Source of the DNA: a virus
Taxonomy: Duplodnaviria > Caudoviricetes
Length of the DNA stretch: 64,000 nucleotides
Reading direction: 5' to 3' (one strand)
Virus record (IMG/VR): IMGVR_UViG_2934156241_000002
Span: 19,954 to 83,953 of that record
Below the pieces are notes generated by a model. It made no database searches. It had not been told where the DNA came from and saw only the letters and a program-made list of their open reading frames with translations. How positions within the stretch are numbered: the stretch's first letter is position 1; each line of letters opens with the position of its first letter. The translations under genes were made by a program, and so were the position numbers. Shown in pieces: positions 1-9,539 of this stretch.

Positions 1-162
1 GGTCCCGGTGCCATGCCGGCGGTTGATCTCCTCCGCAACCTGCGCGTTGGTGTACTCGGTGAATTGCCCTGGTTTACCAGCGGTTTCGGTGGCGCTTGCC
101 TCGAAGAGAAGGTTCAGGCAGTCGGCGAAGCCGCGTGTCGGGGGGTGAGGAACTTCGGTCAC
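1..162 (-). CDS. XRE/EspR-like HTH regulator, 5' part (runs off the window edge)
   Basis: Manual translation from GTG at 162: VTEVPHPPTRGFADCLNLLFEASA...EYTNAQVAEEINRRHGTGT, resembling the FAxxLNxLF...T.AEVA N-terminus of EspR-type regulators. Divergent from the HATPase-like gene. Not in the ORF track. Confidence 0.55.
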   Translation of the reverse strand, partial: MTEVPHPPTRGFADCLNLLFEASATETAGKPGQFTEYTNAQVAEEINRRHGTGT

Positions 163-461
163 GTTGGAGGGTTCTCTCTTGGCGGGTAGTGAGGTGGCCA
201 ACCCTAGCCGCACGTCCTCCGATCGTTGGCCAGAGCCACGATTGGCGCAACGGATAGTTTGACGATCGGGCACGGAGGCTCTTTGATGGGCGGTGATCCA
301 TCACGGAACGCGCGGTTTGTTTTGCCGCCCGGCACGGATTCGACTCCGAAGGAGATCCTCGATGTCCACGCAGAACGCCCCGTTACGACGGCGTCAAGCC
401 TTCACGCATCACCCACGCTCGAACTAGCATTCGATATCGACTGTCAACGGAACGGATCCGC

Positions 462-932
462 GTGACGATCTCCGATGCCATACCGCACAACTGGCCCCCG
501 CGGCGCACCGCATCGGGGGAGAAGGACAACGCCCTCAGCCTGCTCACCGTGGAAATCTCCAGCATCGACTTCGCCATAGGTCCCGAGGCCTCGCCCGTGG
601 AGGCGATGGAGCGGGCCGGAGCGATGGTCGCGCTGTCACTGCCACAGTTCCTCGAAGGGACCCCGGGGGCCGAGGAGACATGTGCCAACGCTCAGGCCGT
701 GCTCACGGAGCTGGTGGACGTCACCGCCCGCAACAAGACGGGGCTGGACCTGGTGGGCCGCGTGGCATTCGACGGTGCGCACGTGACGGTGTCGGTGGGG
801 GACATGGGCTGTCCGCTGCCGGCGCCGGAGGCGGAACCGGGCCTCTACCTCGTGCACCGCGTCGCGGCCGAGGTGGGACAGTACGCCGGCAACATGGGCG
901 GCCGGGTCACCTGGGCCGCCGTTGCGGCTTGA
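462..932 (+). CDS. HATPase_c-like ATP-binding protein (degenerate anti-sigma/RsbW-type)
   Basis: VLTELV...VTVSVGD...GLYLVHRVAAEVG...GGRVTWA pattern typical of Streptomyces ATP-binding regulators divergent from XRE genes. N-box Asn is replaced. Confidence 0.65.
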   Translation: MTISDAIPHNWPPRRTASGEKDNALSLLTVEISSIDFAIGPEASPVEAMERAGAMVALSLPQFLEGTPGAEETCANAQAVLTELVDVTARNKTGLDLVGRVAFDGAHVTVSVGDMGCPLPAPEAEPGLYLVHRVAAEVGQYAGNMGGRVTWAAVAA

Positions 933-942
933 ATCACGACAG

Positions 943-970
943 CGCCCCCGGCCGGATTCCGGCGGGGGCG
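943..970. terminator. GC-rich hairpin between convergent genes
   Basis: cgccccc(g)gccgga-t-tccggcgggggcg inverted repeat. Confidence 0.55.
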
Positions 971-987
971 ACCAGGGCGAGCCGTGT

Positions 988-1305
988 CTACAAGTCCAGC
1001 ACGGCTCGGACGGCGCGCTCGACCCTCTCCATGTCCGCAGGGGTGACGAATCCGAGAAGTTTGCCTTCCTCGAAGCGCCGGGGCCGGAACTGGTGAATGT
1101 CCGGGGCCATGACCACCCCGCGAACCGGCTCGTCGATGGGGACGGTGACGAGTGTGTCCCGCGCGTCCTCGACTTCCTGGATCAGGGCGACGACGATGCC
1201 GCCCGGGTGAAGGCGGATCACCGCGTTGTTCTCGAGGACCAGGACCGTCCGGTCCCGGCCCACAGTGGGGACGCGCCACACAGAGCCACGCTGGATGTCG
1301 CTCAC
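988..1305 (-). CDS. PemK/MazF-family toxin
   Basis: IQRGSVWRV...RTVLVLEN...MERVERAVRAVLDL, 105 aa; 4-bp overlap with the upstream small gene. Confidence 0.8.
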   Translation of the reverse strand: MSDIQRGSVWRVPTVGRDRTVLVLENNAVIRLHPGGIVVALIQEVEDARDTLVTVPIDEPVRGVVMAPDIHQFRPRRFEEGKLLGFVTPADMERVERAVRAVLDL

Positions 1306-1532
1306 GCGGCGTCCTCGAGGTCCGTCTCCGCGGCCCCGAATACGTCGTCGGCCGGATCCCGGAGCCGCAGGCGCGCATACTCCAGCATCCCGTCGTTGAT
1401 CAGCTTCTCCTCAAGGGCTTGCTCGACGAAGGCGGAGAAGTTGGCGCCGCCGGCGAGCTTCGCACGAGCCTCAAGCTCAGAGGGCAGCGTGATGCTGACC
1501 TTGCTTCTTGGGGGCGTCCGGGGTGTCGTCAT
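1302..1532 (-). CDS. Ribbon-helix-helix antitoxin (76 aa)
   Basis: MTTPRTPPRSKVSITLPSELEARAKLAGGANFSAFVEQALEEKL: KVSITLP beta strand plus two helices and an acidic tail; directly upstream of the toxin. Confidence 0.75.
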   Translation of the reverse strand: MTTPRTPPRSKVSITLPSELEARAKLAGGANFSAFVEQALEEKLINDGMLEYARLRLRDPADDVFGAAETDLEDAA

Positions 1533-1538
1533 GACAAC

Positions 1539-1556
1539 CATCCTACCGGTGGGATG
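1539..1556 (-). promoter_or_regulatory. Candidate TA operator overlapping a -10 box
   Basis: Imperfect palindrome catcc(t)accggt(g)ggatg. On the minus strand TAGGAT lies 7 nt before the antitoxin ATG, consistent with a leaderless start. Confidence 0.45.
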
Positions 1557-1787
1557 ACTCAGGTGTAAGGTGTGATCGCCGCCACGAAAGTAGCGGCAAA
1601 TACGCAGAAGGGGCGTCAACCTGGCCCGGTTGACGCCCCAACTTCCTACCCGGTCCTCGCCAAAGGGGGTAGGGACTGCTTGGCACTGAGCATACAGGCC
1701 GCTCGGCGCGGTTCTCTGGTTCCGCGCCAGCCTGTGATACTCGAAACGCCCCAGTTCCTGCCTCTCTGTCCGAACAGAGAGAATTCC

Positions 1788-2090
1788 ATGAGCATCGCTC
1801 ACGTCAGCCAGGCCCTCAACACGACCGCCGATCTCAGCCCCGATCTCAGCCCCGCTGAACGCCTGGTTCTCGTCCTGCTCGCCGAGCACGCAACCAGCGA
1901 CGGCACGGCTTTCGCGAGCATCAGCCATCTCGCCCGGCGAGCGAACATCAGCCCGTCCACGGCCACTCGCTCCCTGCACCGGCTGACGGAAGCCAAATTG
2001 GTCCGAGCGGTCCGCGTCTCCACCACGGCCGGGGCGCCCGCCGGCTGGCACCTTCAGCTGACCGACGGCTCCACGGGGGCGCGGGCGTGA
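1788..2090 (+). CDS. Winged-HTH (HTH_36-like) protein
   Basis: LSPAERLVLVLLAEHA...AFASISHLARRANISPSTATRSLHRL; start placed at ATG 1788; overlaps the next gene. Confidence 0.7.
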   Translation: MSIAHVSQALNTTADLSPDLSPAERLVLVLLAEHATSDGTAFASISHLARRANISPSTATRSLHRLTEAKLVRAVRVSTTAGAPAGWHLQLTDGSTGARA

Positions 2091-3424
2091 CCATCAAGCA
2101 CATCGCGATGGTGCTTGAAGCTGAAGGGATCGACGGGGCGGAGAAACTGCTCCTGATCGCGTACTGCAACCGGACCGACGACTACGGGTACTGCTGGCCG
2201 GGCCAGCACCGTCTCGCCGACGACTGCGGCACGTCCGTGGCAACGGTCAAACGCGTCAAGAAGAGGCTCGTCGAGAAGGAGCTCATCGCCTCCAAGCGCC
2301 GCCTCGACCCGCGTACCGGCGAACCCATCACCAACCTCACCCGCGTGAACATCGAGCTGCTGGCAGCCATGAAACGCAAGCCCAGGGTCTACGACGACAA
2401 CGTCATCGAGCGGATCACATTCGCTGCTGATGTGCCGCTGCCCACGAAGAAGAAGAAGAAGGCTCCCCGCACTCAAACAGACGCTGACCAGCTGAAGGCT
2501 CAAGATGAGCCCGACCCTGTGGATAACGCGGACACCCCCTCTGACCAGCTGAAGGTTCAAGATGAGCCCGACCCCGGGCCCGAGATGAGCCCGACCTCAG
2601 GTCAACTTGGGCCCGGGGTGGTGGGTAACTTGAGCCCAGGGTCAGGTCAGGTTGATCCCCTAAACCTCAGCCACCCACCAGAGAAACCTCATACAACCGT
2701 CCTTCCATCCATCCCCACCTCTGCCGACGGCATCGGGCAGAAGGACGGAATGGACGGCCAAGTCGATCCCGTACGAGTGAGAGAGCAACCGCAGGTGGTC
2801 AAGCAGTCGGAGGGCGTGAGCCTTCTGCAGGCAGTTGCGTTTCGCCGGCCAGAACTCACGCTCACCGGGAGGGTCCTGACCGATCAGGGCCTCATGGTCA
2901 CCGGTCTGTTGGCCTCAGGGTGGGCTCCGCAGAACGTGATGGCGGAGCTGCTGCGCCCCCTCCCGGCTAAGACCAGGTCGGTGGGAGCGGTGATCTCCAA
3001 GCGGCTGGCAACCATGGCCAGCACTCCCGTTCCGAAGCCCATGCAGATGCCCATGCCGCGGATGGAGGAGCCGGGTCCGGTCGTCTGGGAGCAGTACGAG
3101 CAGACGAAGGTCCATCAGCGCCAGACCGTGCCCGATCGCAGCCCCCATCAGAGCAGCGGTTCGCACCATGGGTATGCGGCCGAGCGCTGGAAAGACTGTG
3201 CCGAGTGCTACGACCCGATCTTCACGTACACGGGCTCGGAAGTGTGCGCCAAGTGCCTGAGCTGGCCGGTGTGCAAGACCTGCTCCGTACGGGTCGCTCC
3301 TGAGGCAGCGTGCGACTTCTGTCACGTGGTGCCGGTGCAGACAAAGTTCGAGGTGTGCGAGGTCCACGGGGAGCAGTTCGTCCCAGGGACGGTCTGCTTT
3401 CAGTGCTCTGTGCCGCGACCGTGA
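2087..3424 (+). CDS. Replication initiator-like protein (N-terminal HTH_36, C-terminal Cys clusters)
   Basis: EKLLLIAYCN...CWPGQHRLADDCGTSVATVKRVKKRL as in phage O-like initiators; repeats in the middle of the gene; several CxxC/CxxH pairs at the C-terminus. Confidence 0.7.
   Translation: MTIKHIAMVLEAEGIDGAEKLLLIAYCNRTDDYGYCWPGQHRLADDCGTSVATVKRVKKRLVEKELIASKRRLDPRTGEPITNLTRVNIELLAAMKRKPRVYDDNVIERITFAADVPLPTKKKKKAPRTQTDADQLKAQDEPDPVDNADTPSDQLKVQDEPDPGPEMSPTSGQLGPGVVGNLSPGSGQVDPLNLSHPPEKPHTTVLPSIPTSADGIGQKDGMDGQVDPVRVREQPQVVKQSEGVSLLQAVAFRRPELTLTGRVLTDQGLMVTGLLASGWAPQNVMAELLRPLPAKTRSVGAVISKRLATMASTPVPKPMQMPMPRMEEPGPVVWEQYEQTKVHQRQTVPDRSPHQSSGSHHGYAAERWKDCAECYDPIFTYTGSEVCAKCLSWPVCKTCSVRVAPEAACDFCHVVPVQTKFEVCEVHGEQFVPGTVCFQCSVPRP
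2484..2596 (+). repeat. Iteron-like direct repeats around a DnaA box (candidate origin)
   Basis: 34-bp ctgaccagctgaagg(c/t)tcaagatgagcccgaccc at 2484-2517 and 2541-2574; partial copy at 2583-2596; TGTGGATAA at 2518-2526. Confidence 0.65.
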
Positions 3425-3428
3425 GCAG

Positions 3429-3464
3429 CACTGCCTGCCCCGGAGAGGTCCGAGGCAGGCAGTG
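3429..3464. terminator. Hairpin after the initiator-like gene
   Basis: cactgcctgcc(c)cgga-gagg-tccg(a)ggcaggcagtg. Confidence 0.6.
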
Positions 3465-3471
3465 AAGGCTC

Positions 3472-3580
3472 CTTGATAACGGGCCAGGGCCCTCTTTCCC
3501 TTGGTGCTTTTCGCGCGCACAGCCCACGCGCCTCGCGGCGCGGCTGGGCAGGAGGAGGGGTGCCCTGGCCCGTTATCAAG
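3472..3580. repeat. Perfect 19-bp inverted repeat with a 71-nt spacer
   Basis: cttgataacgggccagggc (3472-3490) and gccctggcccgttatcaag (3562-3580). Confidence 0.8.
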
Positions 3581-3604
3581 AAGATCACTCCTCGCCCATG
3601 CCGC

Positions 3605-3844
3605 CTACCGCTGCTCCCCGCCGACTCTCATCAGGAAGGTCACCTGCGGTGTCGGCTCCGTGCGCAGTACGCCGCGGCGGCGACCCCGGCGTACTGCCGA
3701 GGTGAGGGCTTCTCTGGGAAGGCCGGCCTCGCGCAGACGGCGCGAGGCCTCCGGCATGGTGATCCACTGCCCGTAGGGCAGGTCCATCAGGAAGGCGTCG
3801 ATCCCTGCGGTGGGCGCGGCGGCCGACGGCGTGCTCGTGCTCAT
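3605..3844 (-). CDS. Small basic protein, possibly DNA-binding
   Basis: 79 aa with a GAAGGAAG RBS; WITMPEASRRL...AVRRGRRRGVL looks wHTH-like. Confidence 0.55.
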   Translation of the reverse strand: MSTSTPSAAAPTAGIDAFLMDLPYGQWITMPEASRRLREAGLPREALTSAVRRGRRRGVLRTEPTPQVTFLMRVGGEQR

Positions 3845-4088
3845 CGAGGTCTTCCTTCGCTCGGGACGTCAGAGCCCACCCGGGTGCTCTCCCGGACAGG
3901 CCTGCAGGATGGCGAGATTACAGTACAGCGGTGAGACAAAGAGGCGTCCGTCGACCGGTGACCGCCGAAACATGGCCGGATATGCTGCCAAGGCGCCATA
4001 GCGGAAGACGATCTTCCTCAAATCCCCGGGATTTCAGGCCCGTCCACGCGACGAGCGCGATCACAGGCAGCAGGGGGGACACAACGCC

Positions 4089-4766
4089 GTGACCGACAGC
4101 ACAGAAACGGTTGACCAACTCATAGCGCGCGCGGCAGCAGGGGGAACTGACGCGCCGGCAGCCATGAGCGCCTTCTACGCCCAGCTGCACTCCACCGTGC
4201 ACAACTGGGTCCGCGGCTACATCCACAACCCGCACACCGCAGAGGACCTGTCCCAAGAGGTCTGGCTCAAGGTGGCAAAGAACATCGGTCGATACCGCCC
4301 CGGCACGAACTACATGGCGTGGCTCTCGACCATCACCCACAACACCGTCGTCGACTACCTGCGGACCTCGCAGCGGCGCCCCGTCGAGGTGCTGCACGCC
4401 GATCAGCTGCAACTCGACCGGCCCCGACCGGGCCTCACCTCCCACCAGGAAGCGGAACGCCGCCTGCTCGCCCAGGCGATCGAGACGCACATGGGCAAGC
4501 TCAAGCCCGACCAACGCCGCTGCCTCCACCTGAGATTTTTCGCTGGGTGCAATCCGGCGCATACTGCTCAGATTATGGGCAAGAGCGAAGGTGCAGTGCG
4601 CACTCTCACGCTACGGTCACTGCGCAAGCTCGCGCAGGTCCTTCCGCAGGGAGATTCCTCGACCGAGCTGGTCGAGGAACTGCTGACCATCGCAGTAGGC
4701 AGAGGAAATGTTGTCGGTATTCGGGTGCAGACACGGGGAAGGGCGACGCATGTTGCGACGCGCTGA
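4089..4766 (+). CDS. ECF sigma-70 factor, BldN-like
   Basis: Region 2 TAEDLSQEVWLK...AWLSTITHNTVVDY; region 4 QRRCLHLRFF...TAQIMGKSEGAVRTL. Confidence 0.9.
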   Translation: MTDSTETVDQLIARAAAGGTDAPAAMSAFYAQLHSTVHNWVRGYIHNPHTAEDLSQEVWLKVAKNIGRYRPGTNYMAWLSTITHNTVVDYLRTSQRRPVEVLHADQLQLDRPRPGLTSHQEAERRLLAQAIETHMGKLKPDQRRCLHLRFFAGCNPAHTAQIMGKSEGAVRTLTLRSLRKLAQVLPQGDSSTELVEELLTIAVGRGNVVGIRVQTRGRATHVATR

Positions 4767-5136
4767 TGGATCTGAGCGCCTGGAGCGCGCTCTCGACGAC
4801 GGACCCGTGCCCCACGACGCCGAGACGCGGCTGCTCCTGGCGGCCGCGGGCGCCCTGGCCCCCGGTTACCCCCGCAGTGCCTCCCGCGTGCAGGCGACGC
4901 ACGACGCGATGATGCTCGCTTTCGAGCGGACCTTGAATCCGCTGGAGACCCGGGCCGACGCCGGCAGCGACGACGGCCTGGACGAGACCGAGCTCCACCG
5001 CGAGGAAGTCGTTCTTCCCAGCGGCGGCCGCATAGTGATGTCCGACCTGGAGCACATCAGCCCGGAACGTCTCGAGGAAGCGACGCAGATGTACGCGGAC
5101 ATCCTCGAACGCAGGTCGAGGGATCACCAGTCTTGA
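4750..5136 (+). CDS. Putative anti-sigma domain protein
   Basis: Overlaps the 3' end of the sigma gene; ERLERALD...LLLAAAGAL helical pattern recalls the RsbN N-terminus. Confidence 0.5.
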   Translation: MLRRADGSERLERALDDGPVPHDAETRLLLAAAGALAPGYPRSASRVQATHDAMMLAFERTLNPLETRADAGSDDGLDETELHREEVVLPSGGRIVMSDLEHISPERLEEATQMYADILERRSRDHQS

Positions 5137-6650
5137 GCACCCCACCCATCGAGCGGATTGAGATCGAGGTCGGGGACGACTACCCCGTCGACGGCGCGCT
5201 GATCGAGCACAAGGGCAAGTACACGCTTCACCTGCGCCCCCTGCAGACGCTCGAGACCGCCACACGTCACGTGCAAAACGTCGTCCCCGGCATCACCCGC
5301 GAGGCCGCGGAACGGCTCATCCGTGTGCAGTGCCCGGAGTTCCGAAGCCTCGACGACATGCTCGGCGTGACCGACACCCCGGTCCTCAGTGTCGAACGCC
5401 TGCCCGGCCCGGACGTGCTGCCGGGCTCGGAGTCGGTGGGCCGCAGGCGGCGCCGCCGAGCGGTGCTTGTCGCCGCTCTCCTCCCCGCCCTCGCGGCGAG
5501 CTGGGCCGTCGGCCGGTACACCACGGCTGCCGACTCCACAACGCACCAGGACGCCGCGGTGAGCGCGCCCGACACGGCAGCTACAGACCAAGCGCCCTTC
5601 GAGAACACACAGTTCGAGTTCTTCTCCGGATTCAGCAAGATCGAATGCGATCCGATCAGCACGCTCGAAGCCGAGTGCACGGACGCCGATGGCATGGTGA
5701 TGGCGAGCAAGGCCGCCACCGGCCCGGACTCCACCATCTTCACCTTCTCCTACGGCAGCGAGCGAATAGGCCTGCGGATCTTCTACGACCCGGACTACGC
5801 GGCGACATGGGCGCGGCAAGACGGTTCACGCGAGCTGTACCCGCACATGAAGGTCCACGGCCGCTACGTGCTGTGGGGAACCGATCCTTCTCGGATCGCG
5901 GAGTACACGGATCTCCTGCAGGAGGCCGACCGATCGGCCGGCCCGCACGCCATGGGCGTCGCAACACCTCTTCCGCCCCGGCTCGCTGCCCTCACCCTCG
6001 GGACTCTCGGGCTGAGCAGCCACGAGGTCAACGAGATCATCGCCCGCCCCTTCAAGGCGGCGTACGACGCTCCCACCACGATGGCCGCCCGCCTCGTGCT
6101 TGGCCTGGACACCTCCCCTATGTGGAGCGGGAACGATGGCTACGACATCGTGGCCCTGGCCCTTGGTATCGAGCCCGGCGCTAAACACAGCGACGAAGTC
6201 GTGGTCGTACCGGTGACCGGCCCTGGGACGACGTCGCCGACCACGACCACGCCGTCGACGAGTACAAAGCCCCCGACAAACCCCGAGCCGAGCAAGCCGC
6301 CTCCGAGCACGACCGACACGGTGGTGACTCCGCCGGTGGTGACCCCGCCGGTGGTGACTCCGCCGGTGGTGACCCCGCCGGTGGCGGAAACCCCGACCCC
6401 GCCGGTGGTGACCCCGCCGGTGGCGGAAACCCCGACTCCGCCGGTGGTTGTACCGAGCACACCGGAGACCCCGACCGTTCCGCCGACGGACGAAGGAACG
6501 CCGACGGTCCCACCGGCGGACAGTGGGACGACCGACGGTCAGACCCCGGCCCCGGCCGACACCGTGACGCCGGATACTCCCACCGACCCAACCGACGAGC
6601 TCAGCGATGATCTGCTGATACTGGGGTCCGCCTGGACGGTCGCAGCCTGA
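5133..6650 (+). CDS. Single-pass membrane protein with Pro/Thr-rich extracellular tail
   Basis: RRRRRR followed by hydrophobic AVLVAALLPALAASWAV; VVTPP repeats; translationally coupled to the preceding gene. Confidence 0.75.
   Translation: MSTPPIERIEIEVGDDYPVDGALIEHKGKYTLHLRPLQTLETATRHVQNVVPGITREAAERLIRVQCPEFRSLDDMLGVTDTPVLSVERLPGPDVLPGSESVGRRRRRRAVLVAALLPALAASWAVGRYTTAADSTTHQDAAVSAPDTAATDQAPFENTQFEFFSGFSKIECDPISTLEAECTDADGMVMASKAATGPDSTIFTFSYGSERIGLRIFYDPDYAATWARQDGSRELYPHMKVHGRYVLWGTDPSRIAEYTDLLQEADRSAGPHAMGVATPLPPRLAALTLGTLGLSSHEVNEIIARPFKAAYDAPTTMAARLVLGLDTSPMWSGNDGYDIVALALGIEPGAKHSDEVVVVPVTGPGTTSPTTTTPSTSTKPPTNPEPSKPPPSTTDTVVTPPVVTPPVVTPPVVTPPVAETPTPPVVTPPVAETPTPPVVVPSTPETPTVPPTDEGTPTVPPADSGTTDGQTPAPADTVTPDTPTDPTDELSDDLLILGSAWTVAA
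6320..6450 (+). repeat. Coding 15-nt repeats (VVTPP/VAETPTPP)
   Basis: Tandem gtggtgac(t/c)ccgccg units. Confidence 0.8.
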
Positions 6651-6657
6651 ACAGCCC

Positions 6658-6692
6658 GAAGGGGCCCCGGACACAAAGTCCGGGGCCCCTTC
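6658..6692. terminator. Bidirectional terminator hairpin
   Basis: gaaggggccccggac-acaaa-gtccggggccccttc, perfect 15-bp stem between convergent genes. Confidence 0.85.
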
Positions 6693-6708
6693 TGCATGTG
6701 CCGATCGA

Positions 6709-7152
6709 TCAGAACGGCGGATCCTGGCTTGCCCACGCATCGTCGGCGCCGGGGCGGCCCTGCGCCGCGGTGGCCTGGCGTTGCGCCCCTCCGCCCTTGG
6801 TGACCTTGGCCGTGGCGTTCTTGAGGCTGGGGCCCACGTCCTCGACGTCCAGCTCGTAGACGGTGCGTTTGACGCCCTCACGGTCCTCGTAGGACCTCTG
6901 CTTGAGTCGTCCTTGGACGACGACACGCATGCCCCGGGTCAGGGACTCCGCGACGTTCTCGGCGGCCTGGCGCCAGACGGAGCAGGTCAGGAACAGGCCT
7001 TCGCCGTCCTTCCACTCGTTGGTGTCGCGGTCGAAGATGCGAGGGGTTGAGGCGACGCGGAACTTGGCAACGGCTGCGCCGGACGGGGTGAAGCGCAGCT
7101 CGGGGTCGTCGACCAGGTTGCCGACGACGGTGATGACGGTCTCGCCTGCCAC
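6709..7152 (-). CDS. ssb: Single-stranded DNA-binding protein
   Basis: [38 protein letters not shown]...DPPF, typical actinobacterial SSB. Confidence 0.97.
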   Translation of the reverse strand: MAGETVITVVGNLVDDPELRFTPSGAAVAKFRVASTPRIFDRDTNEWKDGEGLFLTCSVWRQAAENVAESLTRGMRVVVQGRLKQRSYEDREGVKRTVYELDVEDVGPSLKNATAKVTKGGGAQRQATAAQGRPGADDAWASQDPPF

Positions 7153-7205
7153 GGAGAGCCTTTCGGAGTGGGGCCCGGCCTCGGGGCGCGGGCCGGGCTG
7201 GGAGG

Positions 7206-8141
7206 TCAGGAGAAGAGCAGCTTCCAGGTCAGGGATCCGGGCAGCCCGTCAGCGTCGCCGCTGAGCTCCGTGCGGGAGAGCTGGAAGGCGCGCACGTTCT
7301 TTCGGTCCGCGTCGCTCCACTTCGGTCCCGGGCCCGACACGTAGTACTTGCCGAACCCCTTCTTCACCAGCCGCTCACCGAGGGCGGTGATGTGTGAATT
7401 GCTCTTGCCCGGTCCGAAGTACCCGCGGCCGGGGAAGGGCGGGGCGGGCTTGGGAATCGGCGTGGGCTTCGGCCTGGCGGGTGCGCCGCCCCCGGGCGGA
7501 TTCGTAGCAGTGCCTCCGACGAGCGCCTTGGCCTTGGCCAGGATCTTGGCGAAGGGGATGTTCCCGGGGTCTCCGTGGTAGTTCTCCGGGGCGTGGAGGT
7601 GCCCGCAGATGCCCCGGAACTTGTTCCACTCGGCGAACGTCATGCGGGCTGACGTCTTGCCGTAGGAGGACGGGTAGGCCGGCCACTCGGACGGGCCGGA
7701 AAGCGGGATGGCGAGGTTCTTGTGCATCCACGCGATGAGCTCGGCGAGTGCGTCGTAGCACCACTCGGGGGCGGCCGGCCAGTAGATGTAGTCGACGCCC
7801 GCCTTCAGCTTGCCCCACGTCTTGGCGTGCTTCGGGTCGCAGGTGCCGACGAGTTCGAGCTGTACCACGTTGAGGGTGTTCGTCTCGACGCCGCCCGGGG
7901 CGTTGACCAGGGCGCGCGCGGATCGGTTCAGCGCGAAGTGCTGGTAGGCCGTGAACTTCCTGGTCTTGATGTTCGGCAGGACGGTCAGGTTCGGGGCCTC
8001 GGCGCCGTTGCTGTAGCTGACGACGCTGGTTCCTTCGGTGGTGTGCAGGGCGAGGACGTTGGGGTCCATCAGGTCGCCCTTGTACGTGTCGCCGTACCAG
8101 TGAGTCCCGCGGATGGCGCCCGGGTACAGGGTGGTGGTCAT
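7206..8141 (-). CDS. Endolysin (amidase-2-like domain plus C-terminal peptidoglycan-binding domain)
   Basis: [27 protein letters not shown]; C-terminal PFPGRGYF...VRAFQ...DADGLPG.TW; GGAGG RBS before ATG 8141. Confidence 0.88.
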   Translation of the reverse strand: MTTTLYPGAIRGTHWYGDTYKGDLMDPNVLALHTTEGTSVVSYSNGAEAPNLTVLPNIKTRKFTAYQHFALNRSARALVNAPGGVETNTLNVVQLELVGTCDPKHAKTWGKLKAGVDYIYWPAAPEWCYDALAELIAWMHKNLAIPLSGPSEWPAYPSSYGKTSARMTFAEWNKFRGICGHLHAPENYHGDPGNIPFAKILAKAKALVGGTATNPPGGGAPARPKPTPIPKPAPPFPGRGYFGPGKSNSHITALGERLVKKGFGKYYVSGPGPKWSDADRKNVRAFQLSRTELSGDADGLPGSLTWKLLFS

Positions 8142-8198
8142 GGTGCTTCCTCCGGTGCTGGTGGGCAGGGGAGGAGCACCGTGTCGGGCTCCGGTGGT

Positions 8199-8208
8199 TA
8201 ACGTCGCG
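8199..8208 (-). promoter_or_regulatory. Late-promoter upstream box (endolysin/ssb)
   Basis: CGCGACGTTA-N15-CACGGT. Confidence 0.65.
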
Positions 8209-8244
8209 TCGTGCTGGACCAGGTCCTGGCGGTGGACAACGGAG

Positions 8245-8883
8245 CTAGTCCAGGACTTCGGCGTCGACAACGCTTCCGTCCTCAAGTTCCGGTGGGTACT
8301 CGACGGCGAACAGGCTCTTGTCCAGGCGCTCGGCGAGCTCGCTCAGGTCGACGGGCTGCTCTTCAGCGCTGGCCGGTCCGCCGAGTCCGGTGATCTCGAC
8401 GGCGATTACGGCGTCCTTGCCGTACTGCTCACGGTGTTGGCGTTCGAGGTACCAGGCATCCGCGCGCCAGTCGGGGGCGGTGCGGTCTTCAACGGTCTCG
8501 GTGACGATCTCGCCGGAGACGGAGTCGCGGTACTGGCGTGTGGTGACCTTGGTGACGATCCCGCCGTCCGCGACCCTGCGGATGTTCGCCATGGCGCGCG
8601 CGGCCGCGGTTGCGCGGGCGGTGCGGACCTTCACGAACAGGGCGGCGTACTGGTCCGACTCCGGGTCGGCTACCTCACCCGCTTCGCGGGCCTCTATCTC
8701 GTCGCGGCCGCGGGCCATCCACGCCAGGAAACTGGACCGGGAGACCCCCGCCATTTCTGCGGCGAGCTCGACGGCAACGCCCGTGCGGGAGGCCGCGACG
8801 AGGCGCGCCTCGATCTCCTCGGAGAGCAGGCGCGGGCGGCCGCCGGGGGTGTTCTGCCGGCGGGCCTTGCGGCGGGTGGACAT
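8245..8883 (-). CDS. Terminase small subunit-like HTH protein
   Basis: GGRPRLL...AAEMAGVSRSSFLAWMARG...DWRADAWYLER, the usual pattern of actinophage small-terminase-like proteins. Confidence 0.6.
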   Translation of the reverse strand: MSTRRKARRQNTPGGRPRLLSEEIEARLVAASRTGVAVELAAEMAGVSRSSFLAWMARGRDEIEAREAGEVADPESDQYAALFVKVRTARATAAARAMANIRRVADGGIVTKVTTRQYRDSVSGEIVTETVEDRTAPDWRADAWYLERQHREQYGKDAVIAVEITGLGGPASAEEQPVDLSELAERLDKSLFAVEYPPELEDGSVVDAEVLD

Positions 8884-8903
8884 GGAGGGACCTCAGTGCG
8901 GTT

Positions 8904-9539
8904 TCAGCGGCCGGTGTTGAACAGGTGTCCGCAGGCGGGGCAGGCCGTGTGCGCGGCGCGGCCGTCGTCGTCGGGGCTGAGGCCGTCTCCGTGGTCGCCG
9001 TCGTCGGGCAGGTGGAGGGTGGGCTGTTCGTCCTCTCGGATGCCGCCGGGCAGTGTCTCGGGATCGACCTGGCTGAACAGCTTGTCCATCTCGTCGGCCG
9101 GGATGGCGAGGGAGTCGAACAGCTCTGCGTCCCCGGTGGCAAGGTCCTCAAGCACCGCGGCGAGCTCGCGGGGGTTCCAGCCGCCTTCGCCGGGGAGCCG
9201 GTTCAGCTTGATGGCGAGGGCTTCCGCCTCGTGGTCGGACGTGGAGGACCAGCCGCGCAGTACGGGTACGAGCCATCCCGCGTCCTCGTCGAGGACGACA
9301 CCGCCGGGGATGGTCATGCCGCGGCCCTGCATCTCGATCAGGGCCTCTCGGCGGCCGTGGCCGTGCAGGACGCATTGGGTGCGCTCGTCGACGACGGGGA
9401 CTTCGACCAGGCCGTGCATGCGAATCGCGTCGATGAGCAGCTCAAGTTCGTGGCGCTTGGGGTTTCGGGGTGCCGGGGTGAGGTCGGTGAGCGGCACGTA
9501 GGTGATGTAGCGCGGTGGGGCGGCGATCGTGTCGGTCAC
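8904..9539 (-). CDS. ParB/Srx N-terminal domain protein
   Basis: LTDLTPAPRNPKRH...PVVDERTQCVLHGHGRREAL...GGWN; C-terminal CPACGH. Confidence 0.8.
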   Translation of the reverse strand: MTDTIAAPPRYITYVPLTDLTPAPRNPKRHELELLIDAIRMHGLVEVPVVDERTQCVLHGHGRREALIEMQGRGMTIPGGVVLDEDAGWLVPVLRGWSSTSDHEAEALAIKLNRLPGEGGWNPRELAAVLEDLATGDAELFDSLAIPADEMDKLFSQVDPETLPGGIREDEQPTLHLPDDGDHGDGLSPDDDGRAAHTACPACGHLFNTGR

